DNA of 30,830 nucleotides, from contig DVJK01000036.1 of the NCBI GenBank assembly GCA_018716795.1, positions 1 through 30,830 of the forward strand. The letters run 5' to 3'. The notes under the pieces were generated by a model, which saw nothing but the letters and a program-made list of their open reading frames with translations, searched no databases and was not told the DNA's origin. Of the stretch, positions 29,074 through 30,830 are shown piece by piece. Each line of letters starts with the position of its first letter. The first letter of the stretch is position 1. The position numbers were made by a program, and so were the translations under genes. Source of the stretch: Candidatus Scatomorpha merdipullorum. Its GTDB lineage: Bacteria; Bacillota; Clostridia; Oscillospirales; Oscillospiraceae.

Positions 29074-30327
29074 GTGAAAAAACCGGATTTTCCGGCCCGG
29101 GCGGCGCTGGCCTTTGTCAGGGCCTTTGTGAAATGGCTTGCGCTGGCGGCGGTGACGGGCGCGGCGGGCGGCCTCGCGGGCTCCGCGTTCTACCTCGCCG
29201 TGGCCTCGGCGACCGAGCTGCGCGCGGCGAGCCCCTGGCTGTTGTGGCTCCTGCCCGCGGCGGGCGCGGCGATTGCGCTGCTCTACCGCTTCACGAAGCT
29301 CGACGGCCTGGGCACGGACACGGTCATCGACGCCATACACGAGGGGCGGGGCATAAACATCCTGCTCGTGCCGGTGATTTTCGTCTCCACGGCGGCGACG
29401 CACCTCTTCGGCGGCAGCGCCGGGCGCGAGGGCGCGGCGCTCCAGATAGGCGGCGGCCTCGGCCAGAACATCGCGCGGCTCTTCCGCCTCGACGACAAGG
29501 ACACCCGCCTCGCCACGCTCTGCGGGATGAGCGCGCTCTTCTCCGCCCTCTTCGGAACCCCGCTGACGGCGACGATTTTCGCGCTCGAGGTCATCAGCGT
29601 GGGCGAGATTTATTACGCCGGCCTCGTGCCCTGCCTGGCCAGCTCGCTCGCGGCCTTCGGCCTGACGCGGCTTTTCGGCATAGCGCCGACGCGCTTTGAG
29701 GTCGCCGCGCCCGCGCTGACGGCGGATATGCTCTGGCGCGTGGCTCTGCTGGGCCTCGCCGCGGCGCTCATGAGCGTCATACTCTGCGAGACCATGCACC
29801 GAAGCGAGCGCGCGCTCAAAAGGCTCGTGCCGAACGGCGTCCTGCGCGCCGTCCTCGGCGGCTGCGCCGTCATTGCGCTTACATACATCGCCGGCACCAC
29901 GGACTATAACGGCGCGGGCGGCGAGGTCATCGCCGCGGCCATAGAGCGCGGGGAGGCCCGGCCCTGGGATTTCGCGCTCAAGCTCGTCTTCACCGCCGTC
30001 ACGCTCTCGAGCGGCTTCAAGGGCGGCGAGATGGTGCCCACGTTCTTCATAGGCGCAACGCTCGGCTGCGCGCTCGGCCCGCTGCTCGACATCCCGGCGG
30101 GCTTCGCCGCGGCCGCCGGCCTGGCGGCGCTGTTCTGCGGCGCGGTCAACTGCCCGGTCGCCTCGGTCATATTGGCCATAGAGCTCTTCGGCTCCGGCGG
30201 CGCGGTCTACTTCGCCGTCGCCATCGCCGTGGCCTACATGCTCTCCGGCTACTCCGGCCTCTACCGCAGCCAGAAGATAATCTACTCCAAGCTCAAGGCC
30301 GAGTATATAGACATCCACGCAAAATAA
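29074..30327 (+). CDS. CLC-family (EriC-like) anion channel/antiporter, ~417 aa, GTG start
   Basis: GGSAGREGAALQIGG, ALFGTPLTA, GFKGGEMVPTFFIG, AVNCPVAS motifs and many TM helices. AAAGGGGTG RBS. Confidence 0.9.
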   Translation: MKKPDFPARAALAFVRAFVKWLALAAVTGAAGGLAGSAFYLAVASATELRAASPWLLWLLPAAGAAIALLYRFTKLDGLGTDTVIDAIHEGRGINILLVPVIFVSTAATHLFGGSAGREGAALQIGGGLGQNIARLFRLDDKDTRLATLCGMSALFSALFGTPLTATIFALEVISVGEIYYAGLVPCLASSLAAFGLTRLFGIAPTRFEVAAPALTADMLWRVALLGLAAALMSVILCETMHRSERALKRLVPNGVLRAVLGGCAVIALTYIAGTTDYNGAGGEVIAAAIERGEARPWDFALKLVFTAVTLSSGFKGGEMVPTFFIGATLGCALGPLLDIPAGFAAAAGLAALFCGAVNCPVASVILAIELFGSGGAVYFAVAIAVAYMLSGYSGLYRSQKIIYSKLKAEYIDIHAK

Positions 30328-30356
30328 ACCGCCCGGCCGAAAACGGCCCCAACGGA

Positions 30357-30388
30357 AAAAAGGACCGGTCCGCAGACCGGTCCTTTTT
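30357..30388. terminator. Bidirectional terminator after the CLC gene, near-identical to 6404-6435
   Basis: AAAAAGGACCGGTC-cgca-GACCGGTCCTTTTT. Confidence 0.85.
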
Positions 30389-30441
30389 GCGCCCGCCCAC
30401 CGCGGGGCGACGGACAACGTCGACGCGCCGCCGCGCACTCG

Positions 30442-30830
30442 CCCTCGGCTCCCCTGAAAGGGGAGCTGTCGCGCCGCACTGCGGCGTGACTGAGGGGTTG
30501 GTGCCGACGTGGGTGAGAGGCGGATACGCCGTAGGGGCGGGCTTCCACGCCCTCCCGGCGTCGGTGAACGGAAAACGTGGGTGCGCCCGTAAAAAAAGGT
30601 GCGCGGGCTGTGTCCGCGGGATATGATGCGTGTGGCGGTGGACGCGAGGCGGATGCACCGTGGGTGATGTGGGTGCGGTTGGTCACGCCGAACAGCCGCA
30701 CCCAACCCACCCCGGCAATCCCGCAACCACGGGGCGTCGAGGACGCCGCCCCTTACGGGTAGCAGATAAACGTAGGTATCAGCATCGTGGGAAGCAGATG
30801 CGAAAAGGTAACCACCTCCGCCCATCCCTC
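30442..30830. repeat. Second REP mosaic, truncated by the window end
   Basis: Type C at 30442-30501, type A REP at 30531-30556, conserved core, type B REP at 30731-30756, then a tail homologous to 6680-6755. Confidence 0.88.

Overview
High-GC (roughly 65-70% in coding regions) bacterial chromosome segment. Gene content (KtrAB, YmdB, YhaO/YhaN, NfnAB, xpt), AGGAGG-type RBSs and canonical sigma-A promoters fit an anaerobic Clostridia-class firmicute, probably Oscillospiraceae-like (inference). It holds about 22 genes: M3 oligopeptidase, DUF1232 protein, xpt, fused NfnAB transhydrogenase, FMN alpha-hydroxy-acid dehydrogenase, a MoxR AAA+/VWA pair, hypB - 895-aa Fe-S flavoprotein - hypA, tRNA-Arg(ACG), D-2-hydroxyacid dehydrogenase, ktrB-ktrA-vanZ, a fused ABC exporter, a B3/4 editing-domain protein, ymdB-yhaO-yhaN, an untracked 56-aa protein and a CLC transporter. 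There is no transposase, integrase, phage gene or CRISPR array. Two things stand out. (1) The nickel chaperones HypB and HypA directly bracket an uncharacterised Cys-rich GltD-like Fe-S flavoprotein, with no hydrogenase or urease in the window, back-to-back with a MoxR/VWA chaperone pair and behind a Rex-like operator; this is a candidate undescribed nickel-dependent redox system. (2) The intergenic DNA carries several interlocking families of non-coding palindromic elements: GTAG-type REP mosaics with a conserved 226-bp cassette, MITE-like elements with hairpin ends, covarying tRNA-downstream repeats, and a multibranched leader upstream of ktrB. All product calls come from motif recognition in the translations; no database searches were run.
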